DNA of 64,000 nt from Vicugna vicugna (GCA_013265495.1 MU058636.1:10205066-10269065), one strand, 5' to 3'. Shown: positions 25,501 through 38,260, numbered from the stretch's first letter. Notes: a model not told the origin generated them from the sequence alone. Program-made: numbers and translations.

Positions 25501-27169
25501 CCCCATTGAGCAGCGTGAACAAAAAGAGCCTTTTCCAGGCTCTCCCAGGCGCAGCGAGAGTGAGGCTGGCTTTGAGGAGCCTGCCAAGGAGGGCGAAGGC
25601 CCTGCTTTGAAAATGCTTCTCCAGTTTGCTGACTCGTGGGACTTGGCAGGCCCGGGGAACAGCGCCACAGGGAAGAAAGCCCCTGGCCGGGCCTCCCTGG
25701 CGGGCACCCCACCTCCCCCCTGCTCTTTTCATCGGGGGCCCATGTGACCCCCATGAAGGAGCCGGCGGCCCAGCCCCGGTGAATGAAGGCTGTTTGTCAG
25801 GCCACTTCCCCCAATGCAGCCCCTACGTCCTCTGGATACACGCCTCCGGACTGCTAAATTGTGGCTGAGAAAAGGACAGCGGTTTTGCGCCTTGTCATCC
25901 AGAGAGCCCGTCCACACAGCTGTTCTGTCCTCCGGGCGCGCCCCTGGGGCCCACCTGGCCCAACGCCCCACGTTTGTAGGACATGCAGGAGTGGCCCGGC
26001 AAGGACCGGGGTGAGTCGGAGTTGTAAGTCATAAAAGGAAGCAGTGAAAATCCACTGACCACAGGAGACTGTTCTCCTTTGCTCTGGGGCAGCAATAAGG
26101 CCCCGTGATTCAGCACAAAAAGTCCCCGGATGGCAGCCCAGGTCGGGTTTGGTTCTGGATCGAGTGCAATTTCTTGGTTGTCACTCAGTGTTTCCCTCCG
26201 TGAAACAGGCCTATGAGACGTGGGCCCACAGGAGTTGCTCCATAAAGCCCCATTGTTAAATCAGTTGACACATTGCAAATCCAAGTCCTAAATACTCTGT
26301 CCACTGACCACCGGTGATGGGTGAATAATGACAGCGAGACTTCAAGGGCAGCCACCTCGCCTGTCTGTTTATTTTTCCTGCCTGAGTCTAAAATGGCTTC
26401 CAGCCCCTGGACTCACAGCGGTCATGCCTCTTCCTGCAGCCAGAAAGGTGCAGAGGACAGTGCTATTCAAGGTCATTTGCAGGAGGGAGGACCTAGCTAA
26501 CACAAAGAGCCGTTGTGGAAATGTGGGCACCCAGAAGCAAGGATCAGGGCGGGACTCCCACACAGGAGGCAGCACAGGGCTCCCCTTGCTGAGATTTTAG
26601 AGTAAAACGAGTGTGGTCATTCAGCATCGAAGGCCAGAAGCACACGTCCTAGTGTTTCTGTGAGTCAGAAGGCCGCACAGCCTTGGTGGAAGAATTGCAA
26701 ACACCCACTCTGGGCAGACCCGTGAGGCGAGGGTGCTGTGTGGCCCATCTAGTTTGGACCCAGCACCCGTTTCCCTCAGGCTGGGGAAGAGGGAGAGGAG
26801 CCCTGTCTGGAGGTAGGCTGGTCCCCTCTGCTCCTCTGGGCACCCTCCACAGCCTCACAGCCCCGCTTTTCACAGCTCTGTTGCTGGACAGGGAACTGTC
26901 AAGGTCAAGCTAGAGGCTTCTCACAGGTGCAGGAAGGAACACCAAAGCATCTTCTTAAGAAGTAAACAGTGTTGCCTAATTTAGCTCTAATTTTTTTTTT
27001 TTCTGAATGGCTTTGAAGTGGCAGTTTCTAGGGAAACCCCCAATGCCCTTTAAGAGGGAGATCAAGGACTCCAACGTGTTGCAGCTAAGTTGCTAAAGCC
27101 ACTTGCTGGCCGAGGTGCACGCAGCCAACATGCAGTTAATACACAGACACACAGGTGAGTCAGCACAGC

Positions 27170-27850
27170 CCTCACCCTCTGGGAGCTTGCAGTCCCAGGC
27201 AGTGGAGAGACCAATGGTAATACACAGCAGGGACAAGTAAACAGATGCAGAGAAAATGCTGACAGGCCCAGAGGTCTGAGCAACTCATTCATTTTAGGGA
27301 AAATCAAAGAAGGCTTCACAGAGGAGGCAGCTTCTGAGGATGGGCAGGAGTTCCATGACTAGAGAAGTCAGGCTGAAGGAAGAGCTTAAGCAAAATTAGG
27401 AGTCAGGAGAGCCTGAGACGTGGCCAGAGCACAGGGTGGAAGGAGTGGGTGAGGCTGGGGGCAGCTGGGCCAACCGTGGAAGTCCAAGAACATTGCCAAA
27501 GTAGGGGAGGGGTTATAAATCTACTTTTATCTTGGATTACTCAGACAACACTGAGAGGCCAGCCTGCAGAGACAGAAGACACTACAGTCATCTAGAAGTC
27601 CTGCAGTGACCCAGGAAGGATGCTGAGGCATGATGGCCGGGCCCACGGGGATGGGAAGGAGGAAGTGGGGACGGGGCAGGGAGAAGGCGACTCTGAGGTC
27701 TCTAGATTGGACGGGTCAGGGATTAGGAGAAGGTAGGGTGGATAGTGAGGTCATGTACCTGAAATAGCAAACACAGGAGTGAGAGCAAGTTTGGAAGGAA
27801 ACTGTGGAATTAGCCCAAAACTGTGGAAGAAGCCCAGTTTGAGTTGCTAA
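27170..27850 (-). mobile_element. L2 fragments, degenerate
   Basis: gccctcaccctctgggagcttgcagtc; agggaaaatcaaagaaggcttcacagaggagg; gactctgaggtctctagattgg. Confidence 0.55.
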
Positions 27851-27917
27851 ACAGTCAGGCTTATAGAAAAGTCTAGCAATTAACTAACCAAGGAACTAGT
27901 TTTAAAACTGAAGGGCA

Positions 27918-27995
27918 GGAGGGTGCAGTATAGCTCAGTGTTAGAGTGCGTGCTTAGCATGCACAGGGTCCTGGGTTCGATGCCCAGCACCTCCA
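27918..27995 (+). mobile_element. tRNA-Ala-derived SINE head (camelid Vic-1-like)
   Basis: A box tagctcagtgttag, anticodon arm gtgc-ttagcat-gcac, B box ggttcgatgcc, T-stem ctggg/cccag, end cacctcca; homologous to the copy at 43891-44016. Confidence 0.9.
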
Positions 27996-29089
27996 TCAGA
28001 TGCATACGGGTCCCAGCCCTGCTCCTTGTTCGGACGGCAGCAGCAGTGACTTGGTCAGGACAGGGGTCCCGGACCACAGGGTGCATCAGGACCCTGAGGA
28101 GCATGGTGATGGCCCAGATGCTTCGTACTCCTCCCACCCCTGCCACCCCTGCCCCGCCCCGTGATTGTTCAGTAGTTGGTATCACTGCCTAAGAAGGAAC
28201 ACCGATTCCAATCACTTCATTAAAAAAAATTAAAACTCAAAGAGATTCCTTTAAACTTTTAAGCTTTCTCATTAATTAGCTAGAATATCTTCATCTGTAT
28301 ACCTTTTAGCTAAATAATCTCTTTAACTGACTCAATGAAGTTAATTCCCATTGGCCAGCAAAAAGGTCAGTGAAATTAGCCTCAGGAGAAACCATCTGAG
28401 ATCGCAGAGGCTGTTTTATCAGAAGCAAGAGGAGATGGAGAAACAAGAGACAAAAGATGGGAGGAGGACGCGGCCAAGGAGAACGCTGCTCTGAGCACTG
28501 TGCAGTCGCGGGTGGTCACTGGAAAATGTTGTAAGGAGCCAGAGTGGATATCAGGGAGCCCTGGATTCTGTCCTGACAACTCAGGAAAGGAACACAAGGC
28601 AGGGAGCCTGGGGGACCCTGCCAGCCCCATGAGGCCCACCTTCAGATAAGGCCCCAGCAGGGCCTGTGTGCCCTGGTCCCAAGCCATCTCAGGGCCACTG
28701 ACAGCTTTGCTGCTGTTAACCTCTGACCCCACATCCTGTCAGAATCAGTGCAAAGTTGACCAAGACTTGATCACATGAAGAAAAGACAACAAAGGCATGA
28801 CTGGAAAACATACAGTAAATGCAGAGTCAACCTCAAGATTCTATCATGAAAAAGTAATATCCCGACCCCAACAAACTTGGAATCAAAATCAAGTTGCACA
28901 AAATTTCAATACTGGCATTTAATATGCAGTGTCATTTAGAAACAAATGACAAAAGAATAACATGTGCATCTTAAAGGCTAATTAGCTAAGGGCCGGCGGT
29001 GCAAGGATGGTGGGGTGGATATATTTGACCCTTTCTCAGAAACCTAGACCAGGCCTGCACCCCTCTCCTGACTCCATCATCCCTGTCTG

Positions 29090-29176
29090 CACATCATCCC
29101 GGGTTGCTGGATTCTCCTGGTTTGGGCAGTGAAAACCCCATGTCCTGGGAACCCCCTCAGTTGGCTGGTCACCCTG
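29090..29176. mobile_element. MER81-like hAT-Blackjack MITE
   Basis: catcccgggttg...ctcctggtttgggcagtgaaaaccccatgtcctgggaaccccctcagt...ggtcaccctg. Confidence 0.65.
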
Positions 29177-30119
29177 GGTCCAGGTCTCGTGGGGGATCAG
29201 GGCAGTAATGCCAGGCCATGGGGGCTGTGAAGATGTGGTTTGGGGAGTAACACGGACTCTCGGTTCTGCCAACTTTTAGACGGCTACTCCTAGACGTGGG
29301 TCCTAGCACAGATCACGCCTCTGTTCTCAGCTTCAGTAAACCCTCCTCTAAAAATGGGGCTTAAAAAGCTTACTTCATAGGATTACTTGCAAGGATTAAA
29401 ACTTAAAGGAATAGAAAGGGCACAGTCTGCAGCACCCAATGAGCTATCCATCATTGCAAGATGGGGAACGTCTGCTCCTACCACAGTCAGCACAGGCGGG
29501 TGTATCTGCCCAGAGGGGGCCACCAGCACTGGGGATACGGGATGGCTGCGATGCGGACCCTTGCTGCTTCCCCTTGCGCATGTGCAGCCTAGGCATGTGT
29601 GGCCCTGGCCCTGGGCCCCACAGAGGGAGATCTCTAGGGACTCTTAAGAGCCACCAGGCAAGCACACAGAGGTCGCATGGGAAAGCCACAACCCCGAGCC
29701 ACCACAGCTCCTGCATCTGAGCATCAGGGAGGGAGCTGCAAGCATTTCTAAGCACTTGGTGATGATGAATGACCCTCCCACAGAACATTCCGCAGCACAG
29801 TTAGCGAGAGCAGCAGCACAAAGCTTGCCTGCAACTGTCCTTCTGGGCCCTGGCCGAGCTCAGGGTCTTCTCATTAGCGAGCGAGAACAGGGGCATGCTA
29901 GTCTCGGGAAGGTGGGTGCGGGCCTCCTCGGAGGGGTTCAAAGCAGGAAATGCTGCCCCTGGCACTGCTGCGATGGGGAGGAACTGAAATGAGACGCTTT
30001 TATTTTTCAAAGATTTTGTGAGTGTCCTTGAACGGCCCTACTGGCTTTTTCAGCGCTGTGCAGCATTTACAGGCAAATGGCAGAGAGGACGGCAGCACAG
30101 AGACTCATGAGACGTCAGT

Positions 30120-30790
30120 GCTTTGTTCACTGAACCAGTATTAATGAGATCCTACGATGTGGCAGACATGGGTTTAGGTGCAGGAGAGACACAAGTCCCC
30201 ACCCTCCTGGAGGCTACCCTTCAGTGTGAAGAGATGGACAATAAACAAGCAAACACATAAATAAAAGAGAGTACTTGATAGTGCTAAGTGTCCTAAAAAC
30301 AAAACAAAAGCAAAAAGGGTAATGTGATAAGTAATGAAGACAAGGAGGGTGAGAGAAGACCTCTGTAAGGGGCAGTGTCTGAGCTGAGACCAGAACAAGT
30401 GCAAAGGAGTCAGCCGTGCAAAGATGCAGGGAAGAGTGTCCATGAAGGAGGGAGCAACAGGTGCAAAGTCCTTGAGGTGCACACAAGCCACAGAACAGAA
30501 GGGAAGTCAGACTGGCCAGAGAGCACAGGGAGAGATGATGACAGCTTGACCAAGGGAGGGAGAGGTGGAGGGGCGGCACGTGGTCTGATTTGGGATAGGT
30601 GAAGCCAATAGGACTTGTTTGAGGTTGGAGGGATAGGAAACAGAAGAATCAAGAGAGATTCCTTAGGTTTGGGAGTGAACAGAGATGAGAGAAAAAGAAG
30701 GGGGAAGACTGAGTTGGCCATCTCGAGCTTGAGATGCCTGCTGAACGTGGAGATACAGGCTCAGTGGAGGGTCAGGGCTGGAGATATAAT
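30120..30790 (-). mobile_element. L2 fragment
   Basis: aagtccccaccctcctggagg..., gagaagacctctgtaagggg, gtgcaaagtccttgaggt, aagagagattccttaggtttgg, ttgagatgcctg. Confidence 0.75.
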
Positions 30791-32739
30791 GGAGAGAGAA
30801 CACCTAGGGTTGGGAGACAGGCACCCTTGCTGTCTTGTGTGAACACTGTCTCGCTTCCAAACGCACCCACGCAACCACACCCTTTGCAACCTAAGTCCCT
30901 TCGTGTTTCAAACAGCTCCACGGACTGCACACACGACTATGCAGAAGAACCTGGCCTGGGTCCTACCTGAGTTTCATTTATTTGCTCAGCAAACATGTGT
31001 CCTGCTGGGCCAGTGACTTGCCCTAGAGAACAGAACGCTTGCCCCAAAAGCGCTAGCTCGTTTGAAAAGGAGATGGGAGAACGGATGGGTGCAGCCACAG
31101 GAAGGGGAGGGCGTGGGGCCAGGCTCACTGGGCCATTCGCCGGCTGAGGACCTGGGCCAAGTTTATCTGCAGGCTTTGAGGCCTCATGTGTTGGACAAGA
31201 TGAGCCCCAAAAGTCCCTTCCAGTTCCCAAATGCTGCAATTACCTGGAAACCATCCTCCACGCAGACAAATTAGGTAGGCAAAGAACAAAGTGGAAAAGT
31301 CCTTATCCTTCAATTATGTATTTTTTAAGCCTCAATTTTACCTAAATCTTCATGATAACTGCCTGAAGCCTGGGCAGTCCCTCTCAGACAAAGCAGTCTT
31401 TCAGTGAAATTCTGGGCTTTGCTTCTCACAGCAAAGATACCCACACAGGAGCCTCCACGGGCACCGCCCCAGAAGGTGCCTGCAAAAGCTCTTTTGTACT
31501 AAGTACAGTTTATTACAAGGTGTGGTCCCCCAGACACTACCCTCTCTATATTTTGACAGTATGACTTCCTGTAATATTACTGAGTATCTCCTGTCATCTC
31601 AGGAACAAGGCTCATACCTGGTTGTTGGGTTTTTTTTTTTTCCCTCCTCTCAACAATATACTTGACATTTAATGCATCATCAAAAAGTTTCTGAGGTTTT
31701 GGGGCTAAAACTCTGAAAGAACTACTTCCTGTCCCAGCAGCAGCTCAGGTGCCCTGAGCAGCCGGGAGACTCTGAAGCAGGGCTGCTGCTCTGCTCTCAG
31801 CTCCACCAGACAGGCCCACCAGTTTCAAAACCGGCCAAAGCCCCTCCCTCCCCGCAAGGGCTGGCTGAGAAATGTGCTCTGGTCCAGAAACCAAGTGCCA
31901 CTGGTTTCTCATCCCAAGCTCTGTCCCTCAGTTCTAGGGTCCTTGAGCAAGTCACTTAACCTCTCTGCTACTGAGATCGGTAGAGCTGCTGAGTTGTGCA
32001 AAATAGTCTCCAAAGAATTTCTAGCATCCAACTCCCTGGTGTCCAATTCAGACTTGAACTGCCCTTGAGGCCAACAGGGCAAGACCTGTAGTAGAATCTA
32101 CAGTGAAACCACGCATTTTTCCCAGAGGTAAGGTTATTAGCTTGGTCTCCCCTCAAACCCTCCCCAGTGGCCTAACACCAGGGGAATCTGCTAGACCTGC
32201 TCTGTGACAGCTGGAATTTGCAGCCCTATTTATGCAGCTCTCCATTCCTCCCACAGGATTTACAGTGCATGTGCTCTGGGGTAGAGCCCATGCGAGCCTC
32301 AGGGAGGTGGGGATGAAGGTAGCAAAGCCCGTGTCTTCTGGGGTGGTGTATGAGCCAACAACTGCCCACAGGAAGTGCTGGGGAGCACTGAGGGGGCACA
32401 GGAAGGGAGCCCTGACTTATCCTGAGTGAGTGAAGAGAGGGGCTGGGAGGGAAGGCTTCCCAGAGGCACTCACACTAGAGCTGACTCAAGATTTTAGTAG
32501 TGACTGGGCAGCTGGGCCTTCCAAGCAAAGGCAACAGAAGTGCCAAGACCAAAGCCCCAAGACAGGGCCCGATAGATGGCACCACACTGATCCATTGGAC
32601 AGAGCCACAGTGCTCGTGGGCAGTGCAGGAAACCAGGCCGAGGCTTCAACATCTTCCTTGGATTAGAATTTTAATCAGGGACATGCATTATAGGCTGTAA
32701 AGCCCAAAGATGAGGGGAACTGGTTTGGGGGGGGGGGTC

Positions 32740-32925
32740 AGCCAGACCTCAAATTGAATCCTGCTCTTTCTAACGGTGTGACTGCTGGTGAAATTCTTGA
32801 TCTCTCTAAGACTCCATTTGTCTCATCTGTAAAATGGGCATAATGACACCGCCACATAGGACTGCTGTGAGAGTTATATAAAGTGATAAATGTCAAGTGC
32901 TGAGCAGAGTGCCTGGAAATCGATG
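32740..32925 (+). mobile_element. MIR SINE
   Basis: ccagacct...ttgaatcctgctct...tctcatctgtaaaatgggcataatgaca...gctgagcagagtgcctgg. Confidence 0.85.
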
Positions 32926-34388
32926 ACACCAGCCGGTTAAAACAGAGAGGCGGGGTCACGCTGCACTGTTAGAATTATCACTGTAGCACCGCTGGGAAGA
33001 CAGAGGTGGAAGGGAGTTGGAGGCGGGCAGGAATGTGGACCAGTGCAAGTGCGCAAGCGCACTAACTAAATCGTGGGGTAAACGTGCACTGTGAGGAAGA
33101 TGTGATTTACTTTAAAGGTGAAGAGGGGAGGAGTCGGGAAAGGATTCACAGAGAGGTGACCTAGGACATGGGTCTCGTTAGGAGGAGAGATGGGGTGAGG
33201 ATGGCACAGATAACGTACGGAACCATGGAAGTTCTAGGTGTACAGGAGCAGTGAGGATAACCCAGAGCCGAGGCCCATGGGGGAGGTGCGGGGAGGAGGG
33301 CTCTCATGGCCCATACTCAGGGGGCACGCAGGCCCCACGACCCTGCCTGTGCAGCCAGGGCGGTCGTGACCATCCTGCATCAGGCCCTGAAGGCCATGAT
33401 AAGGAATGTGGAATTTAGTCAGCAGGCAACAAGGAGCCTCCTCTTATATTAGAATTACCTATTTCTTGTTCACTGATGCACAAAACGTTTTCAAGAAAGG
33501 AGGGAGACTACAATAGAAATCCTCCTGCTGCTCCCAGGCTCTGCCACGTTCCAGGGACATAAACCAAATCTCTTCATGTTCCGTTATAACCAAGGCAGGG
33601 TGTCCTCTCTCCCCCTGTGCCCACTAGGTTTCATAGGAATAGCTGACTCGGCTCGTCTGAGGTGCTGTGACTGTCTTAACTCATCTGATCCTCATAATAA
33701 AGTCAACATTATTCTTCTCCCATTTTATGGGTGAGGAGGCAAGACCATGAACCATGAGGGAACTCACCCAAGGCCATCTAACCAGTCATGGACAAGTGGG
33801 CAGCCCAGCAGAGGAGTCTGGCAGAAAAGGGGTAGGGGTTTCTCTGCTACCACGGGAGAGGGTCTGGCACACAGGTGGCCAACCACCCCCAGGGCTGCCA
33901 CATGAGGACTCTCGGGGACAGGAAGGTTCAGAGGAAAGGTGCTCCAGGTGGGCACAAAACACTTGCGGTCGGTCTCACCTCCCTCCACTGAGGAAGGTCT
34001 GGCTCGTGTAGGACTGAACATCACGCCTCTCCTAGGAAGACGGCACAGCAGCCTAGAGAGGAAGACACTGCCCAAATGCACAGGTGCTTCTGGGGGACCA
34101 GTGAGCATGGAGGTGAGATAAGACAGGCCCCCCTGGAATACCAGGGGTCACAGACTATGAGCTCTCTCCTCCCCCTAGGCAGCCCCCAAGAAAGGCAGCT
34201 TGGTGCCTGGCGGGGGTGGACGGAGCTGCTTTCCAGAGCTGCTCCTTCCCCCACGTGGACCCATGTCTTCCACCCCTACCTTCTGTTCTCAGCCCTGGGA
34301 TTGCTCTTCCTTAAGTCGTCAGTCCTGCCCAGACAACGCCAACACAAAGTGATGTGTAGAAACAAAGGAGGTCACTGGGATGGAGTTT

Positions 34389-34423
34389 CCCAAGGTGATC
34401 TGATGACCCAAGGTGATCTGATA
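34389..34423. repeat. Tandem duplication, 18-bp period
   Basis: cccaaggtgatctgat occurs twice head-to-tail (cccaaggtgatctgatga-cccaaggtgatctgata). Confidence 0.9.
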
Positions 34424-37191
34424 AAACTGCCGGTGAGAAGGACATCTGCTTAAATCCAGGGAGACTTCAGTTGGAAAGTGAAGGGTCCGAGTTGAAAAGG
34501 CCAAATTCCAACTCAGCCTGGAAGCGTAGAAGGGAAAAAGGAGGATTAAACAGTGATTCGGTGACAACCATTAACAGAACCTGTGCCAAACGCTTCCAGT
34601 CTGTTCACTCGTTCGTCACCTCTGCCTCACAGATGAGGAACAGCTACTAAGAGCCATTTTCCTGGTGAGTGGAATGGCCAGAATGAGAAACAGCAGCTCT
34701 CTGATTCCAAAGCCTGTGGATCCACCTGCACCCTGCCTCGTCCCTTCCCCACATTTAATCACTTGCTGCCCCCAAACGTGGAGGCAGCTGCATCAGCAAC
34801 CCTGCTTCCAGAAGCACACAGATGAGGAACAATCTAGAAAGTGTGTGTCGGGGGCAGGAGGGCTTAGAAACAGCCCTTGCCCCAACGCTCACCCTCCCTC
34901 CCCGTCTCCATCACCCTCGCTGGGCATCTGACCAGGGACAACCCTCCTCCCAAACCTCACCTCCTTTCGAGGAGTAAAGGACCGAGAACAAGGAGCTTCC
35001 TTGTCTCCGTGTGGACCGGGAAAGGGGCAACAAGCTCCCCTCTTTGTTTCCAACCGCCTGAGCCTCTGGCAAATCCAATTACTATTGACAGCGGTAGACG
35101 GAAGTCATCCCTGCCTAAGACGCGCCTGGGATAATAGCATGGCAGCCAGGGATGGCAGATATGCAAGACCAGGAGACGAAGCCAGACACTCCACGTTGAA
35201 AGCCTAACTCTGTCTAGGAGACCAACTTCCCCAGGTCCCCTGGGGAGTCATTAAATTTCTGTGTCTTCATTTCCTCCAAGGTAAAAAGGAGTAATAATTC
35301 TGACCTACCTCACCGGAGTGCTGTAAGAAGGAATAACTAATTAATGCCAGTGAAGCACTTTTCAAGTAAAAAGCACTTTGCAATAATTAACGTGGTTTCT
35401 GCTTTCATCTCCTGCAGCCTCAATAAACAGAAGCGAGGTCCCGGATAGCTACTGATGGCAGGAGGCACGCCCAGGCGGCCGGCTGTCCTGAAGAGGTGCA
35501 CGGGTGGCCCTGTCAGGGCCATCAAAGTTGTCTCGGGGCTCCCGGCCGCCGGAGACCGCTCCAAGCTGACAATTCCAAAGCCATTTGCATCCACTTAGCT
35601 TTCTAGAGGCCGAGGCATTTTTCAGTTACAGCAAACAACACATGAATGTGAAGCTCTGAGCTCGGAGCACCAGGCGAAAAGGATTGGAAGGTCTCTGGGG
35701 CTGCTGCTGACTTGTCTTGAAAAAATCAAAATGAACTTTTTCCTTCAAAGACTTCGCTCTTATTCACCATCATTATAAAAACAGGCGAGCCCTTGAGGTC
35801 TGCAGCTGCAGTGAGTGCATACAAAATGGGCTTTCTGCGAAGCCCACTCACACATACACACACAGCAACACTCCAACACTCTTGTGAGCAACGGGCAACA
35901 GGGGGGTCCAGGTTTGGAGTCCAACCTTCACCTCCACTGGGCAAATTCTGCCAAACAGGATGTGTTTAGCACCCTCCTCCCCGCCCTGCAAAGGGGCCTC
36001 CTGTATAAGGACGTGCCTGTCTGAGGAGGGGCTTTACGGAAAGCAGCAGTGTCTTTAATGATGCCAAGTGCAGAGCTGGACCCCAGGGGACTGCAGGCCC
36101 TCTGTCGGCTGTCACCGCCCTCCAAACTGGACCAGAGACCTCACCACGCACCAGAGCCTGTTACAGACAGGGGTTGGCTGCGTTAAGCTGGTTTATGAGT
36201 GTCACACAGTAGGTGCCTGTGGTCAGAGGGCTCTGGAGCTGTGCTGAGAATCGCCATGCACAATGGTGTTTCTTAGGAAAAGAAGTTCTGATTTCCGAGG
36301 GGCTGCCTTGGGATCTAGAATACAAGCCATTTGTAAGACGGAAACTGCCCTGAAATATTAGACACTTTTCTCCCATTATTTCAGAGGTGAGGAATGTGGT
36401 TATCTTGAATTTCCTCTGGACAGACGGTGTTCCTTTTCTACTGCCCACCCCCTTCTTCCTCTTTTCCTTCCTCCTTGCCATTTTATTAGCAGATAAACCA
36501 TCACTGGGTCACATGGATGTCCCAGAAGGAAGTTAGGGATAAGCTTTACCAGAAAGGGGGGCCTTGGGGGTAAGAGGGGACCCTGGGGGTGGGGGTGAGG
36601 TGGCTGGTGCCATTGTCCTGAATCGGGCGCAGTGTGGCAATGGAGAGGCAGGAAAGGTCAGGAGCAATGCTAGGTTCCAGGGCCACCCGGCATCAGCCCT
36701 CTAAATCAGGGGCTCAGGAAGGAGCCTCAGGGAGGAAGACCCAGAAGCAAGGAGCCCCTTCTGACCAAGAAAGGGATCAACAGTCCCTGGGGCAGACTGT
36801 CGCAGAGGCAGGAGACTGGACAGGATGGTGGCTTAGCCCAGCGGTGGACCGAGTGAGTGTACAAGGAGACTGCTTGGCAGTGAGTTTAGGATTGTCTCTA
36901 GAGAGAGGACAGGTAGCGGAGGCTGAAAGCATAGGCCACTGCTTTGCTGGTAAAGAAACGGAGTGGCCTCCCTCCCTTCTACAGGGAAGAATGACTTCCT
37001 TCCCTGACGCACTTCCAGAGGCCCTCCCACGTGGGCACAGCACCTGAAGACCAGCCTCCACAGACCCATGAGTCAAGTTTTCTTCTTTTAAAAAAACATT
37101 TTAGGATGAAAACAACAAAACACATAAATGAAAGTGTATGACACCTTATTATAAGGTTTTGTTTTAGGTCAATATTACAATCTTGTGCAAA

Positions 37192-37360
37192 GTAAGTTTC
37201 CTGGGCGTGTGACCTGTGCAGCCACAAAGGACCCCCACACTCAAAAGGCCCCCACAGCTGGTTTAATATTCTGCTGTCACCTTCTTGATATCTTAATCAT
37301 TTTGGAACAAACAGCTCTATATTTTCCTTTTGCACTGAAAACTACAAATCATGTACTACA
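37192..37360 (+). mobile_element. MER91A (hAT-Tip100 MITE)
   Basis: gggcgtgtgacctgtgcagcc...ggtttaatattctgctgtcaccttcttga...cttaatcattttggaacaa...tttgcactg. Confidence 0.8.
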
Positions 37361-38014
37361 GATATTACCGACATTCCCATTTTACAGGTGAGGAGACTGA
37401 GGGGGTAGGCAGGTGAAATGGCTGCTCTAAGATCACCCTGCTAGGAAGCGGCTAACGCCCAAACCAGTACGTTCGCTCTGGTTCATCAGTGCAGCGCACA
37501 CACCGTGGAGTGCCTGCCCAGCTCACGCCGACAGCTCCCCCACCGTCAGTGACCAGCCCCTCCCTCAGGCCTGTTCACCCCGCCTGAGACCATCACCAAC
37601 CACAGCTGATACCCAAGCTGATCCCGGCTTGGCCCGTCACACTGTCTCTCCCAGCAATTTGGAATTGGCACCTAAAGGGACAGCAGATGGGGGCCAAAAG
37701 GGGCAGCCAGAGCAACAGCTGGAACAGAGAAATGGCGGGTCTGGGCGTAGGAAGGTCCTGTGAACAATCTGCATCTCCCACTTTTCCTTCCCCACACCAC
37801 AAATGCATGGCGCCCAGGGGCACAGTCCACAGGAAGAGCTCGGGTGCTACGATACGGCCAGGTGATAACAATCCAGAAACCTTAGGAAAGACTGCCCTTA
37901 GGTGACCTCACCTATGATTGAAAACCTGCCAGACCTGCTGGTCATGAGAGTTAGAAGACGGGCGAGCAACGCTTGGCAGCATCTCTTACTCACACTGCTA
38001 CTGTTGCTTAATGT

Positions 38015-38260
38015 ATATAAACAGGTATGGCATTACTATGTGCCAGGTACTCTTCCAAGTGTTTCACACACACCAGCCCATTGACTCCTCCGAACAACCC
38101 TATGAATAGGTATTATCATCATCCCCATTTTACAAGTAAAGAAACTAAGGCACAGACAGTTTGTTTAACTTGCCCAAAGTCACACAGCCAGTATGTGGTA
38201 GAGCCAGGATTTGAACCAGATGGTCTGGCCTCAGAATCGAGGTTCTTAAGCCACCTCTCA
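38015..38260 (-). mobile_element. MIR SINE
   Basis: tactatgtgccaggtact...aaccctatga...ccccattttacaagtaaagaaactaaggcacag...gagccaggatttgaaccag. Confidence 0.9.

Noticed and set aside
25305..26014. Overlapping 80-150 aa ORFs on both strands
   Set aside because: Expected from stop-codon scarcity in GC-rich DNA; the translations are Pro/Gly/Ala-rich without domains.
27918..27995. Functional tRNA-Ala(AGC) gene
   Set aside because: An apparent 5-nt insertion disrupts the acceptor-stem/D-arm spacing, the D-loop GG is altered (gtgtta), there is no nearby T-run terminator, and the sequence matches the SINE copy at 43891-44016.
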